From Macrostomum lignano (lineage: Eukaryota), in the NCBI GenBank assembly GCA_002269645.1, contig NIVC01000963.1, positions 124,001 through 188,000 on the forward strand: a DNA stretch of 64,000 nucleotides. Direction: 5' to 3'. Of this stretch, positions 51,201 through 63,906 are shown piece after piece. The notes under the pieces were generated by a model. The model had not been told where the DNA came from and did not search any database. It saw only the letters and a list, made by a program, of their open reading frames with translations. Numbering within the stretch: the first letter of the stretch is position 1; every line of letters starts with the position of its first letter. A program made the translations under genes and the position numbers.

Positions 51201-53006
51201 ATTAATACCGCTTACACATTTTTATATCAAAATCTTAATCCTTAAAGGCTATTGTCTTGTTACCGGAGACACCGGAGTGGTCTGAAAGCTGACCTCAACA
51301 GTAAGTTCAATGTGTCAGTGTAATTTAATGCACGCCAAAATAGGCAATGAGCGCACAGGAAACTGGAAAAAAGGAGAGGACACGGTAGGTAGAAGGCGCA
51401 CGTTACCGTAAGGAAAGAGGAAAGAGGAACAGCAGCAAATAAAGCATCGGACGACTGGAGACACAGAACAAAATGGAGAAAAACGACAAACAAAAGTGAG
51501 AGACACAGAGAAAAGAAAAAGCAAAAAACAAATGTTAGAAAGGCCCAGAGCCCGTCGCAGATGGGATAGACAAAATGACACAGTAAATTAGAGAATCAAA
51601 GAAGAAGGCAAAAGGAAGAAGGAAGAAAGAAGACAGACACAAGCACGCACCGCACCCCACCCCGGCTACCACCCGGGGGACCAGCACACACCACCCAGAT
51701 GACCGGCAACAGTCCGCCCGGTTTTCTGGCCTGAAACCGGCAAACCCGTACAAAACTTCAAAGAAGACCGGCCACGTCGGGGAGGCGCGGAGCCCCCCGT
51801 CATAAGAGCAAAGTGCCGAGCCACGACAAACAGTGGAGAGGGACAAAATGAATTGAGTAAAACATTCTAAACTAATGATTAATAGGAAACTAGCACAAAT
51901 AATCGTAACAGATAGGCCAAAAGTTGGAAAAGTTGGAAAAATAATACAAGTAAGAAAACAAACCGACTTAAGCCTCTGGCTGCGGCATACGCGAAGGGGG
52001 TGATACCAAACAAAAACAACATGGGCGCAAACAGGGGTGACTCAACCCGTCTGGAAGGGCAAGGCGCACTTGCACTGCAAAAGTGCACGACACAACAGCA
52101 TGGAAAACAGACAGAGCTGGCAAAAATGGTTTTACAATGGCTGGAGTGCTAATCCTGCCCTCAGCCTCCAAAAGATAAGGTGGGCCTGACTGCTGGAGGA
52201 GCAGGCAGGCAGATCAGTGTGGATGTCATTGGGCAGCAAAAGCTACCTCATCCGCCTTCAGTGGCACAAGGCACACCAGGGTTCCTCCACCGCCAACGGG
52301 GACTCCGGGGCTGAGACGGGGCCCTGGGGACACAGCAAAGAGCTGCTACCTGCTATCCTGTATTAATAGGCTTCAATACATTCAGGAATTGTAATTGTAA
52401 GGGACAGACTACGTAGGGTGCCAGAAAGAGTGCATACAGACCTTAATATCCGAAAAGCAATATAGCTCCTATAACAATGTGCACAACAGAGGATACTATG
52501 TTGTATAAATATATAATTTGTGATGTCGCTAATTTGTGTGTGCTACGATAAATATATATCACTCAAGCAGAGACGCATGATGCGGATTGTAATTGCTTAT
52601 GATTGAGAGAAAATTGACTGAGAACCTTTAATAAAATCTGTAGCTTTTAAAAATTTGAGTCATTTTTATCAAATATAGGCAGAAATGGGCAGAAAAAACG
52701 TACATGTACATCTAGCTGAATAATGTAGAAAATACATTAATAGAGAAGGCTAAAATAAGGTAAAATAAAACCCCTCTCACCTTCAATGAAAAAACAAGTC
52801 CAGTTATAATCAGAAGCAGAAAAAAATCAGCATGCAAGAACCAAAATAGGTACAGCAATATATGGGCCGGGTCCGAAAGGGCGGAGCTGCAGCAGTACTA
52901 ACTCGCCGAAAAATGTATTCTGTTCAATTTCATTTTCTAACTTTTCTAACTTTTTCACACCGAGTGACCGTGTCCAAAATCAGTTCAAAGTTACTGGCTC
53001 TTGCGT

Positions 53007-54892
53007 TCATTCCGTAGTGGATGGCTTCGAAGTAGCATGTACTTCAGGTGTTTCTTCATCCGGGTAAACCATGGGGATTACATTCATGGCAATGCGAACC
53101 ACCACATGTGTCTGGCTGACAAGGCGTCCGTCGCCTCCACGGTGCATTTGTGAAGGTTCACCGCTACCTTCAGTAGGCGCGCTGCTTGACTGACCTTGTG
53201 AGTCCTCAAATTCCGTTGCCCCTTGTGATGCGTCCTGGGCTGGCGAAGATTCAACAGAAATAAATTCCGTGACTTGGATATATGGAGCTGTATGATTTAA
53301 CTGATCAATTTTTTTATCCTTGGAGGTTGGCGCAGTGCCACTTTTAGCAGAATCTGAGATTTCAGCTCCTGATGACGATCTTGGCTGATTTACGCCTTTT
53401 GCCGCTTCTGCGGTGTGGCTGGTCCCTGGTAAAAATGGTTGCATTCGTTCATCCATTGTCAGTGTGAAGCGATCTACTGCGCTTGAGTTGGTTTCGGATT
53501 CTTTTGACTGCTCTTTTTTTACACTACGTATGAATCTTTGAACCAATTGAAAAAAGTCGTACACAGCCAGAGAAAGCTTCTCTTTTTTCAGATGTTTCGC
53601 GGCCTTCAAAATCGCTTCCATCAAAAGACTTGAGCCACCTTTTTTATTAAAGGATTTGAATCCTGGCAGTGACCCAAATAATACGGCAGCGTTTTTCATT
53701 TTCGACGTATCGTAAGGATCTTGCGTATTAGGAAAGTTATTTCTTAGATTTCTAAACATAAGACCCATTTTGCTAGTGTTGCTACAACCTGCTTGGCGGC
53801 TGTCACTGTCAGGCGGCCATCCACCTCGACACGCGTCTACGATGATGACCTTCGTCTTATCTTTGCAGAGATCATGCTCGTAAAATGGCTCGACAAGTTC
53901 ATAGAGTGAGACGGAAGACTCTGTTTCGCTGAGAATGATCCCATCTTCATTACCATGGGCAATTATAAATATCAGCACCTTGCATATTTTGTGTACTTTA
54001 TAAGCCTCAGCTGCGAAATTTATTGCACCCACGATTTTTTCACGTAGACTATGCTTATCCGTTGGAATAGTAGCCATCTCGGTATTTCGGAGGCAACAGC
54101 AAATGTCTTCGAAGCATTCTTCATTCGCTTTCTGCTCATTTTCCTCGCCAGTGTATTTGATCTGCAGTAAGAAGGCAAGGTCTGTGAGTCCAGTTTTGCT
54201 GTCTTCACTTGCATTTTCACCTGAAATTCCTGTCGCCTGTCCGCTTGGCACCATCGCTACCTGCAGCTCCTGGGAATTGCCGAGCAGCTTCTGGGAATTG
54301 CAGAGCAGCTCCTGGGAATTGCCGAGCAGCTCCTGGGAATTGCCGAGCAGCTTCTGGGAATTGCCGAGCAGCTTCTGGGAATTGCAGAGCAGCTCCTGGG
54401 AATTGAGCCGCCTGTAAAACTGAAAACTATGCGGCGGCGGGGCTTCTTGGTTTCCAGCAACGTTTTCGATCCTTTTCTGTATGTTCTCACAGGTTTCATT
54501 CTCCTTGATTTGTATTCGATAAAGGGTTAGCCCTCTCATGGCTTTGGAATCCTCGACCATATGCTCCGGTTCAATTACAGCACCATCAATTTCTTCATGC
54601 TCCATTGTGAAGAAAAATATCCTGCGTTCAAGCTCTTTGCGACCAAGAGCTCCAGAAAGGAGGTTCCGCTCCGGAACTCTGCTGTTTCCGACCACCAAGA
54701 ATTTACTAGGCGTAACAGCTGCCCGGATGAACAGCACAAGCTCGTAGTATCCCTCGGGAAGTGAATAATCACGGATATGCTTGTTGAATTCCGGAACATT
54801 GTTAAAAGTTTTCCAGCAAGGTGACTCCAGATCTGGCTTCCAAATGTTATCTTCATATTTGGCAGAAGTTACGAACACTTCAATCTTCTGAC
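53007..54892 (-). CDS. Caspase-family (peptidase C14) protein; one long exon, 5' end unresolved
   Basis: 623-codon open frame with IFIIAHGNEDGII (catalytic His-Gly), KTKVIIVDACRGG (catalytic Cys) and AAVLFGSLPGFKSF..GGSSLL (p10-like). TTGCAG acceptor at 54894-54893. Confidence 0.8.
54262..54405. repeat. 21-bp coding repeat (NSQELL[G/C]) in the caspase-like prodomain
   Basis: Unit GGGAATTGC(C/A)GAGCAGCT(C/T)CT, ~6 copies. Confidence 0.9.
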
Positions 54893-55202
54893 CTGCAAGA
54901 CGATAGAAAAGAAATGGATAAACTGGGTTCTGTATGCTTACCTGCTTATTATAACTACGAGGTATTTAACATTTTGCAAAAGCTACTTTAAATAATAATT
55001 TCAAAATACTAAAGAATCCTGGACTACAACAAATTAAATGCGCAATTGTAAATGACATTGGATATTAGGAGGTATTCAACGTGACATTTACAAATGAATT
55101 GAAGCTTAACCATCTACTGGGTATTTTGTTGCTTTGCGTTAAAAATATCAGAGCCGCTAAAAAATATACTGCATGTTGACGATGCAATCCCAATGCAATA
55201 CT

Positions 55203-55467
<265 letters not shown>

Positions 55468-56192
55468 ACTGTTTTCCTTCCCTTCTTTGCCAGACACATA
55501 ATTTATGGAATGAGTTAAGGTGCAAGCACAGGATTATGTCCTTATAGTTCGCTGGTCAATTAAAGAGAGCTCACACATCTCACTCACCGACTGTTGGCAT
55601 AGCTATAAATCGTTATAGCAAATGAGATCAGATGAGAAAACACGGTTAGTTCATGGGCAGTCGCAGTTGCGAGAATGTTTCTTTGAGAAGGAAGACGCTT
55701 CAATTGCCAGCAGGAGGGGTTTTACAAGTTTACAGTCTTAGACACGCTGGCTTTGGTTACAGTCTCTCTCCACCAAGCTTCTCTTTTATGCTCTTCGCCT
55801 CCGAAACCCCATGCTCTGTGTACAGAGAAAATTCTCTCCTCACTAGCGTAACACATCGTGTTCCACCGGGTAACACGTATCATAAAAATATTTTTCTAGA
55901 ATTTTCTATATTTTTTTAGTCAGGTCGCAAATCTTTGCAAATCGTAAACTCAGCTATATCGATTATTTTTCTCACCTCTGCGCGGGCTTGGCTCCAAGAT
56001 TGTACAGTCTAGAATTTTCTGGAATTTTCTACTGCTAGCTGTAATTTAAGCAAACACCGAAACCACTCGGGCTTCTCACACCACAATTATGCCATCGACC
56101 GCGACTGACAGAAGACGATTGCAAAATCTTAAGGCGAAACTTTGAGGTGCACGAAACTGCACAATTGTATTACATGAAAATAGTGATCTAGC

Positions 56193-56617
56193 CAGGGGAG
56201 GATTTAGGGGGGGGCGCCCCCCCCCTAAATAGCTTGACAGAACATATTGCCCCCCCCCAAAAACCTGAGTTTGCGCCCCCTAAACTTGATTTTTCACCTT
56301 CTACACGCATTTTATGCGCCCCAAGCTTGACCTTTTGCCCCATACACGCATTTTATGCGCCCCAAGCTTGACCTTTTGCCCCATACACGCATTTTATGCG
56401 CCCCAAGCTTGACCTTTTGCCCCATACACGCATTTTATGCGCCCCAAGCTTGACCTTTTGCCCCATACACGCATTTTATGCGCCCCAAGCTTGACCTTTT
56501 GCCCCATACACGCATTTTATGTGCCCCCTAGCTTAAAAATTGACGCCCTTATACTCGTGTTGGCGCCCCAAACTTGGACCGCCCCCTCCCGAAAATGAAG
56601 CTCTAGATCCGCCACTG
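56193..56617. mobile_element. hAT-type MITE with an internal 41-bp tandem repeat
   Basis: [18 protein letters not shown] / CTAGATCCGCCACTG; 8-bp TSD GATCTAGC (56185-56192, 56618-56625); ~5 copies of CATACACGCATTTTATGCGCCCCAAGCTTGACCTTTTGCCC. Confidence 0.9.
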
Positions 56618-57317
56618 GATCTAGCTAATTGCTTCTAGAGGAAATCTACGACAAGGTGGAGTCGAGATTCGTTGCAACGAAATTAGCCAATTTTTCAATA
56701 TCAGTGCAGCTAAGACTCGAAATTTGTGTTTTCTGTGTACTTTTTATCATTCATCAATCCATTGCTTCATTTCTTACTATTTGAAGGAGGTGAAGGAGCC
56801 ACAGGAGAAAGTCCGTAGCAAGGAGAACGAACTAGAGAGTCGTGAACGGGAGAAATACCGCCTGGTTTCGAGTGCAGCGTGTGTTACGACTGGTTATCGA
56901 ACATATTTTTGAATAAAATACAATAGAATGAGTCTATAACACCTTTGGAAATAGAAAATAAAAACGAGTCTTTCTTTTCTTTGTTTCAAGTGAAATTGCC
57001 ATCAACGAGTCTAGCTTGCATTCAGAGCCAAACTCTTAGCAGCAAATTTCACTCTGAACTTCACAAGAAATAAGACAGATTCGCAATTTCTACTACTATT
57101 AGTAAGAAATTTGTAAAAAAAGAAGTACCTCTCAATGCTTTGAACAAGAAATAAAACAGATAAGCAACTGAAATTAGTAAAAACCACCGTAGCCACTACA
57201 TGTACAACCTTAGACTCAGAATAATTTTCTTATAGCTCTTCTGCTTTTCGTCATTGCATACAAAAATGTCATGCACAGCTCACCGCAGGTGTCACTGTTA
57301 AGATATTGAAAGTGTAT

Positions 57318-57930
57318 TAAAAATGTGTAGATTTGCAATTTGCTGCATATTACGATATCATGGCTATATAACAAAATATAATAGAACAAATCACTAATAA
57401 GACTAAGAGCAGTGCTAAACTTAACACGACTGATTGAAATTGGACTTAAGCTTGAATGTTTCACTGTGTGACCAAATTTTACTGCTGAATGTAGAAACTT
57501 CACTTCAAAGTCATCATATAAAGCTAAAGTAAAAAAAATAAAAAAATGCAGCATCTATTATACTATACTTAGACTGCACGAAGTTCTGTAAGAAATTGGC
57601 TTCAGAAAATCTAAATTAAAAAATTATATCACACATCGTGTCTCCTCTAGCGGACAAAAAACGACAGTCGTTTCTGTATTTTACGTAACCCAAGAATGAA
57701 GCATGTGAGTCAAAATTGATAAAAAATAATGAGTTGGTAGTAACTGTTCCCTGCAGAACCGTCCCAGATAATCAGAAACTGAGATAGATAATAGCTGGGT
57801 TAATAATCTCAGTATTCAATCATAGATAAAAATCTGCGGCTATTGATGCCATTAATACTCGTAGCTGTTAATCAGCGGCACTTCAGCATCCTTCTTTTAT
57901 ATAGTTCTGAAAATGTCATACAGAATGTAA
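57318..57930. repeat. Copy 2 (uninterrupted) of the dispersed segment
   Basis: AAATGTGTAGAT.TGCAATTTGCTG...TGTGACCAAATTTTACTG...CATCGTGTCTCC..TAGCGGA...AATCAGCGGCA is shared with copy 1. Confidence 0.85.
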
Positions 57931-57964
57931 TTAGAAAGCGTCTGAAGATTAATTATAGATTTAG

Positions 57965-58190
57965 AGGCATCGCCAACGTGGGGGACAGGCGGGACATGTC
58001 CTAAAAGATCTGAGGGGGACATGCAAATGCTTTGTGACCCTCACCCCGCCTTGTGACCCGTTTATGGAAATCAATAGTTTTGCAGCAGGGCGACAAAATA
58101 TACCGCCTGCGGCGCGAAAATGCAAGCCTGCGGCGCCAAAATGAGTGCCCGCGGCGCTAAATTGAGTGCTGACAACACCACCGATTCTGA
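57965..58190. mobile_element. Truncated GC-rich MITE-like fragment
   Basis: GGCATCGCCAACGTGGGGACAGGCGGGACATGTCC start and GCCTGCGGCGC repeats; no matching right TIR found. Confidence 0.35.
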
Positions 58191-59092
58191 AAATGTAGGA
58201 ATTTAGTCTCTTTTAGCTCTTTTTCGCACCAAAGGTCGCGCCCATGTATACAGTTCAATTCTCTTATCCAGCCCGGTGTGGTGCTCTAGATCTTAATAAC
58301 AAAAAATTTAATGTCGTCGTGTCAACATTTGGAAATTGAAAATCTGTTACGTTCCCATATACATGTACATATGTTCCACCAAAACAAAAAAGTAAATACA
58401 TCACATAATATGACGTCACACAAATACATCCCTAGATACTGTAAACTGGCGCCCTAAACTCACAATTACCCCTTTTGATGCCCTAAATGGTGCACATTTA
58501 CGCATAGATACAAAAAATTGATATGCATGTACGAGCCACGTCCATAGTTTATAATGTAAATGTCTGTTTCTGTAATGACGTACAACTGTACTGCAGTACA
58601 TATACCGTATAGCACACATTTACCATGGGTCTTTTGAAATTTCTGAGATAAATCTTTTTTGACTTTGCGTTAGTAGCAATTTTAATTGTCATTATGGCAT
58701 CTATGGTATTGTACTTTTCCAGAAGAAGGGCTTCAAGCCCTTTTAATTTCCTCTACTAAGGCTTCACGCAGCAACTGCCCCCGCTCCATTGTTCTCAATC
58801 CAATCCAGTTTGAGCTCACATTTGCTGCATGGTTTGCTTAAGCTGGGCTAGTGTAGACTGAGTAAGCGACGAATGGGCAGTTGGTTTATAAATAGCGCAG
58901 AGTGCATTGAGGATAGAGTACTCAGTTACAGTACTACTGTTGCACACCTGTCCGCATGTACGGAGGGCGGGTGATAAGAGCCCGCGTTTCAAGCAGGCCA
59001 AAAAGCGATTTCTACCAAGCTCGCACACCTGTCAGTTAATTCTGGCCAGCTTATTTGCAGTCTGCAGCAGTTTAGCGAAGGATTTCAGTCAA

Positions 59093-62000
59093 ATGTCAGC
59101 ATTCGGAGGCGCGCAGCTGTCCTGCGATGTGGCCATCGTTGGCGCCGGTCTGTCCGGTTTATCGGCGGCTCAGCGGCTGCTGCAGGCGCGTCCGGACCTG
59201 CGCGTGCTGGTGCTGGAGGCTGCCGGGGACCGGGTGGGCGGCCGGACCCTCACCAAGCCGGTCCGATGCGCCGATGGCGAATCGCGAGGCTGGTGCTTCG
59301 GCGGCTCTCACATGGCGAAGTCGCACAGCAGAATGCTGCAGCTGGCCAAGTGAGTGGAGGGACTCTGCACTGGACTTTTGTAGCTCTTCTGTGCAATGTA
59401 CATGCGGTGCATCACAGTCCAATTTTTAATAAGGCTAAGCAAATCGGGGTTTCGGATTAAAAAAGCGGGCTCCTGACTCCTGAAGCGGGTTCCTGACTCT
59501 CAAAGCGGATTCTTGACTCTCAAAGCGAGTTTCTTGGCTCTCAAAGCGAGTTTCTTGGCTCTCAAAGCGGGTTTCTTGGCTCTCAAAGCGGGTTTCTTGG
59601 CTCTCAAAGCGAGTTTCTTGGCTCTCAAAGCGAGTTTCTTGGCTGTCAAAGCGGGTTTCTTGGCTCTCAAAGCGAGTTTCTTGGCTCTCAAAGCGGGTTT
59701 CTTGGCTCTCAAAGCGAGTTTCTTGGCTCTCAAAGCGAGCTTCTTGGCTCTCAAAGCGAGTTTCTTGGCTCTCAAAGCGAGTTTCTTGGCTCTCAAAGCG
59801 AGTTTCTTGGCTCTCAAAGCGAGTTTCTTGGCTCTCAAAGCGAGTTTCTTGGCTCTCAAAGCGAGTTTCTTGGCTCTCAAAGCGGGTTTCTTGGCTCTCA
59901 AAGCGGGTTTCTTGGCTCTCAAAGCGAGTTTCTTGGCTCTCAAAGCGAGTTTCTTGGCTCTCAAAGCGAGTTTCTTGGCTCTCAAAGCGGGTTTCTTGGC
60001 TCTCAAAGCGGGTTTCTTGGCTCTCAAAGCGAGTTTCTTGGCTCTCAAAGCGAGTTTCTTGGCTCTCAAAGCGAGTTTCTTGGCTCTCAAAGCGGGTTTC
60101 TTGGCTCTCAAAGCGGGTTTCTTGGCTCTCAAAGCGAGTTTCTTGGCTGTCAAAGCGGGTTTCTTGGCTCTCAAAGCGAGTTTCTTGGCTCTCAAAGCGA
60201 GTTTCTTGGCTGTCAAAGCGGGTTTCTTGGCTCTCAAAGCGAGTTTCTTGGCTCTCAAAGCGGGTTTCTTGGCTCTCAAAGCGAGTTTCTTGGCTCTCAA
60301 AGCGAGTTTCTTGGCTCTCAAAGCGGGTTTCTTGGCTCTCAAAGCGAGTTTCTTGGCTCTCAAAGCGGGTTTCTGACTCTCAAAGCGGGTTTCTGACTCT
60401 CAAAGCGGGTTTCTGACTCTCAAAGCGGGTTCCTGACTCTCAAAGCGGGTTCCTGACTCTCAAAGCGGAAAGCGGGTTCCTGACTCTCAAAGCGGGTTTC
60501 TGACTCTCAAAGCGGGTTTCTGACTCTCAAAGCGGGTTTCTGACTCTCAAAGCGGGTTTCTGACTCTCAAAGCGGGTTTCTGACTCTCAAAGCGGGTTTC
60601 TGACTCTCAAAGCGGGTTTCTGACTCTCAAAGCGGGTTTCTTGGCTCTCAAAGCGAGTTTCTTGGCTCTCAAAGCGAGTTTCTTGGCTCTCAAAGCGGGT
60701 TTCTTGGCTCTCAAAGCGAGTTTCTTGGCTCTCAAAGCGAGTTTCTTGGCTCTCAAAGCGGGTTTCTTGGCTCTCAAAGCGGGTTTCTTGGCTCTCAAAG
60801 CGAGTTTCTTGGCTCTCAAAGCGAGTTTCTTGGCTCTCAAAGCGAGTTTCTTGGCTCTCAAAGCGGGTTTCTGACTCTCAAAGCGGGTTTCTGACTCTCA
60901 AAGCGGGTTTCTGACTCTCAAAGCGGGTTTCTGACTCTCAAAGCGGGTTTCTGACTCTCAAAGCGGGTTTCTGACTCTCAAAGCGGGTTTCTTGGCTCTC
61001 AAAGCGAGTTTCTTGGCTCTCAAAGCGAGTTTCTTGGCTCTCAAAGCGGAAAGCGGGTTCCTGACTCTCAAAGCGGGTTTCTGACTCTCAAAGCGGGTTT
61101 CTGACTCTCAAAGCGGGTTTCTGACTCTCAAAGCGGGTTTCTGACTCTCAAAGCGGGTTTCTGACTCTCAAAGCGGGTTTCTGACTCTCAAAGCGGGTTT
61201 CTGACTCTCAAAGCGGGTTTCTTGGCTCTCAAAGCGAGTTTCTTGGCTCTCAAAGCGAGTTTCTTGGCTCTCAAAGCGGGTTTCTTGGCTCTCAAAGCGA
61301 GTTTCTTGGCTCTCAAAGCGAGTTTCTTGGCTCTCAAAGCGGGTTTCTTGGCTCTCAAAGCGGGTTTCTTGGCTCTCAAAGCGAGTTTCTTGGCTCTCAA
61401 AGCGAGTTTCTTGGCTCTCAAAGCGAGTTTCTTGGCTCTCAAAGCGGGTTTCTGACTCTCAAAGCGGGTTTCTGACTCTCAAAGCGGGTTTCTGACTCTC
61501 AAAGCGGGTTTCTGACTCTCAAAGCGGGTTTCTGACTCTCAAAGCGGGTTTCTGACTCTCAAAGCGGGTTTCTGACTCTCAAAGCGGGTTTCTTGGCTCT
61601 CAAAGCGAGTTTCTTGGCTCTCAAAGCGGGTTTCTGACTCTCAAAGCGGGTTTCTGACTCTCAAAGCGGGTTTCTGACTCTCAAAGCGGGTTCCTGACTC
61701 TCAAAGCGGGTTCCTGACTCTCAAAGCGGAAAGCGGGTTCCTGACTCTCAAAGCGGGTTTCTGACTCTCAAAGCGGGTTTCTGACTCTCAAAGCGGGTTT
61801 CTGACTCTCAAAGCGGGTTTCTGACTCTCAAAGCGGGTTTCTGACTCTCAAAGCGGGTTTCTGACTCTCAAAGCGGGTTTCTGACTCTCAAAGCGGGTTT
61901 CTGACTCTCAAAGCGGGTTTCTTGGCTCTCAAAGCGAGTTTCTTGGCTCTCAAAGCGGGTTTCTGACTCTCAAAGCGGGTTTCTGACTCTCAAAGCGGGT

Positions 62001-63906
62001 TTCTGACTCTCAAAGCGGGTTTCTGACTCTCAAAGCGGGTTCCTGACTCTCAAAGCGGAAAGCGGGTTCCTGACTCTCAAAGCGGGTTTCTGACTCTCAA
62101 AGCGGGTTTCTTGGCTCTCAAAGCGAGTTTCTTGGCTCTCAAAGCGGGTTTCTGACTCTCAAAGCGGGTTTCTGACTCTCAAAGCGGGTTTCTGACTCTC
62201 AAAGCGGGTTCCTGACTCTCAAAGCGGGTTCCTGACTCTCAAAGCGGGTTTCTGACTCTCAAAGCGGGTTTCTGACTCTCAAAGCGGGTTTCTGACTCTC
62301 AAAGCGGGTTTCTGACTCTCAAAGCGGGTTTCTGACTCTCAAAGCGGGTTTCTGACTCTCAAAGCGGGTTTCTGACTCTCAAAGCGGGTTTCTTGGCTCT
62401 CAAAGCGAGTTTCTTGGCTCTCAAAGCGAGTTTCTTGGCTGTCAAAGCGGGTTTCTTGGCTCTCAAAGCGAGTTTCTTGGCTCTCAAAGCGGGTTTCTTG
62501 GCTCTCAAAGCGAGTTTCTTGGCTCTCAAAGCGAGTTTCTTGGCTCTCAAAGCGGGTTTCTTGGCTCTCAAAGCGAGTTTCTTGGCTCTCAAAGCGAGTT
62601 TCTTGGCTCTCAAAGCGAGTTTCTTGGCTCTCAAAGCGAGTTTCTTGGCTCTCAAAGCGGGTTTCTGACTCTCAAAGCGGGTTTCTGACTCTCAAAGCGG
62701 GTTTCTGACTCTCAAAGCGGGTTTCTGACTCTCAAAGCGGGTTTCTGACTCTCAAAGCGGGTTTCTGACTCTCAAAGCGGGTTTCTGACTCTCAAAGCGG
62801 GTTTCTTGGCTCTCAAAGCGAGTTTCTTGGCTCTCAAAGCGGGTTTCTGACTCTCAAAGCGGGTTTCTGACTCTCAAAGCGGGTTTCTGACTCTCAAAGC
62901 GGGTTCCTGACTCTCAAAGCGGGTTCCTGACTCTCAAAGCGGAAAGCGGGTTCCTGACTCTCAAAGCGGGTTTCTGACTCTCAAAGCGGGTTTCTGACTC
63001 TCAAAGCGGGTTTCTGACTCTCAAAGCGGGTTTCTGACTCTCAAAGCGGGTTCCTGACTCTCAAAGCGGGTTCCTGACTCTCAAAGCGGAAAGCGGGTTC
63101 CTGACTCTCAAAGCGGGTTTCTGACTCTCAAAGCGGGTTTCTTGGCTCTCAAAGCGAGTTTCTTGGCTCTCAAAGCGGGTTTCTGACTCTCAAAGCGGGT
63201 TTCTGACTCTCAAAGCGGGTTTCTGACTCTCAAAGCGGAAAGCGGGTTCCTGACTCTCAAAGCGGGTTTCTGACTCTCAAAGCGGGTTCCTGACTCTCAA
63301 AGCGGAAAGCGGGTTCCTGACTCTCAAAGCGGGTTTCTGACTCTCAAAGCGGGTTTCTGACTCTCAAAGCGGAAAGCGGGTTCCTGACTCTCAAAGCGGG
63401 TTTCTGACTCTCAAAGCGGGTTCCTGACTCTCAAAGCGGAAAGCGGGTTCCTGACTCTCAAAGCGGGTTTCTGACTCCCGACTCCCGGCTCCTCAAACAG
63501 AGACTTCGGACTGACGGTCAGCGAGCAGCCCGAATCGGCCGGGAAGAACATCCTCGAGATCGGCGACACCATCGACAGGTACGAGGGCGAGACGCCGAAC
63601 CTGGGCACACTGACGCTGCTGGATCTGGACAAGGGCATCAAGAGCCTGGACAAGCTGTCCAAGACCCTGATGGAGAACAGAGCCAGCTGGACGAATCTCG
63701 ACGGCATGACTCTGTCCAAGAAGATCGAGAAGGAGACGTGGCGCCAGGCCACCAGGCAGTGCCTGACGGCCATCGCGGAGCCGTGCTTCGACGGTGAGCC
63801 GGACAGAATCTCCTGCCTGCAGGCGCTGCGGATCGCCAACTCGGCTGGAGGCTTCTTGGCGCTGCTCTCCGATGGCAGCGAGCTCAGGATCGAGGAGGGC
63901 GCTCAG
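59093..63906 (+). CDS. Flavin-containing amine oxidase (MAO-like), first two exons 59093-59349 and 63501-63906; continues beyond the window
   Basis: DVAIVGAGLSGLSAA (GxGxxG), VLEAAGDRVGGRT, GGSHM. A phase-2 junction AA|A restores LAK-DFGL. Exon 2 reads YEGETP..LDLD..LD..DGMT..EPDRISCL..GG. Next donor GTGAGT at 63907. Confidence 0.88.
59465..63480. repeat. 4-kb satellite (21-bp and 20-bp variants) filling MAO intron 1
   Basis: Units GGTTTCTTGGCTCTCAAAGCG and GGTTTCTGACTCTCAAAGCG, with higher-order blocks. Confidence 0.98.

Noticed and set aside
59500-62668. Long ORFs of RAKKLAL / LKASFLA repeats
   Set aside because: These are translations of a stop-free satellite. It lies between phase-compatible MAO exons, so it is intronic.
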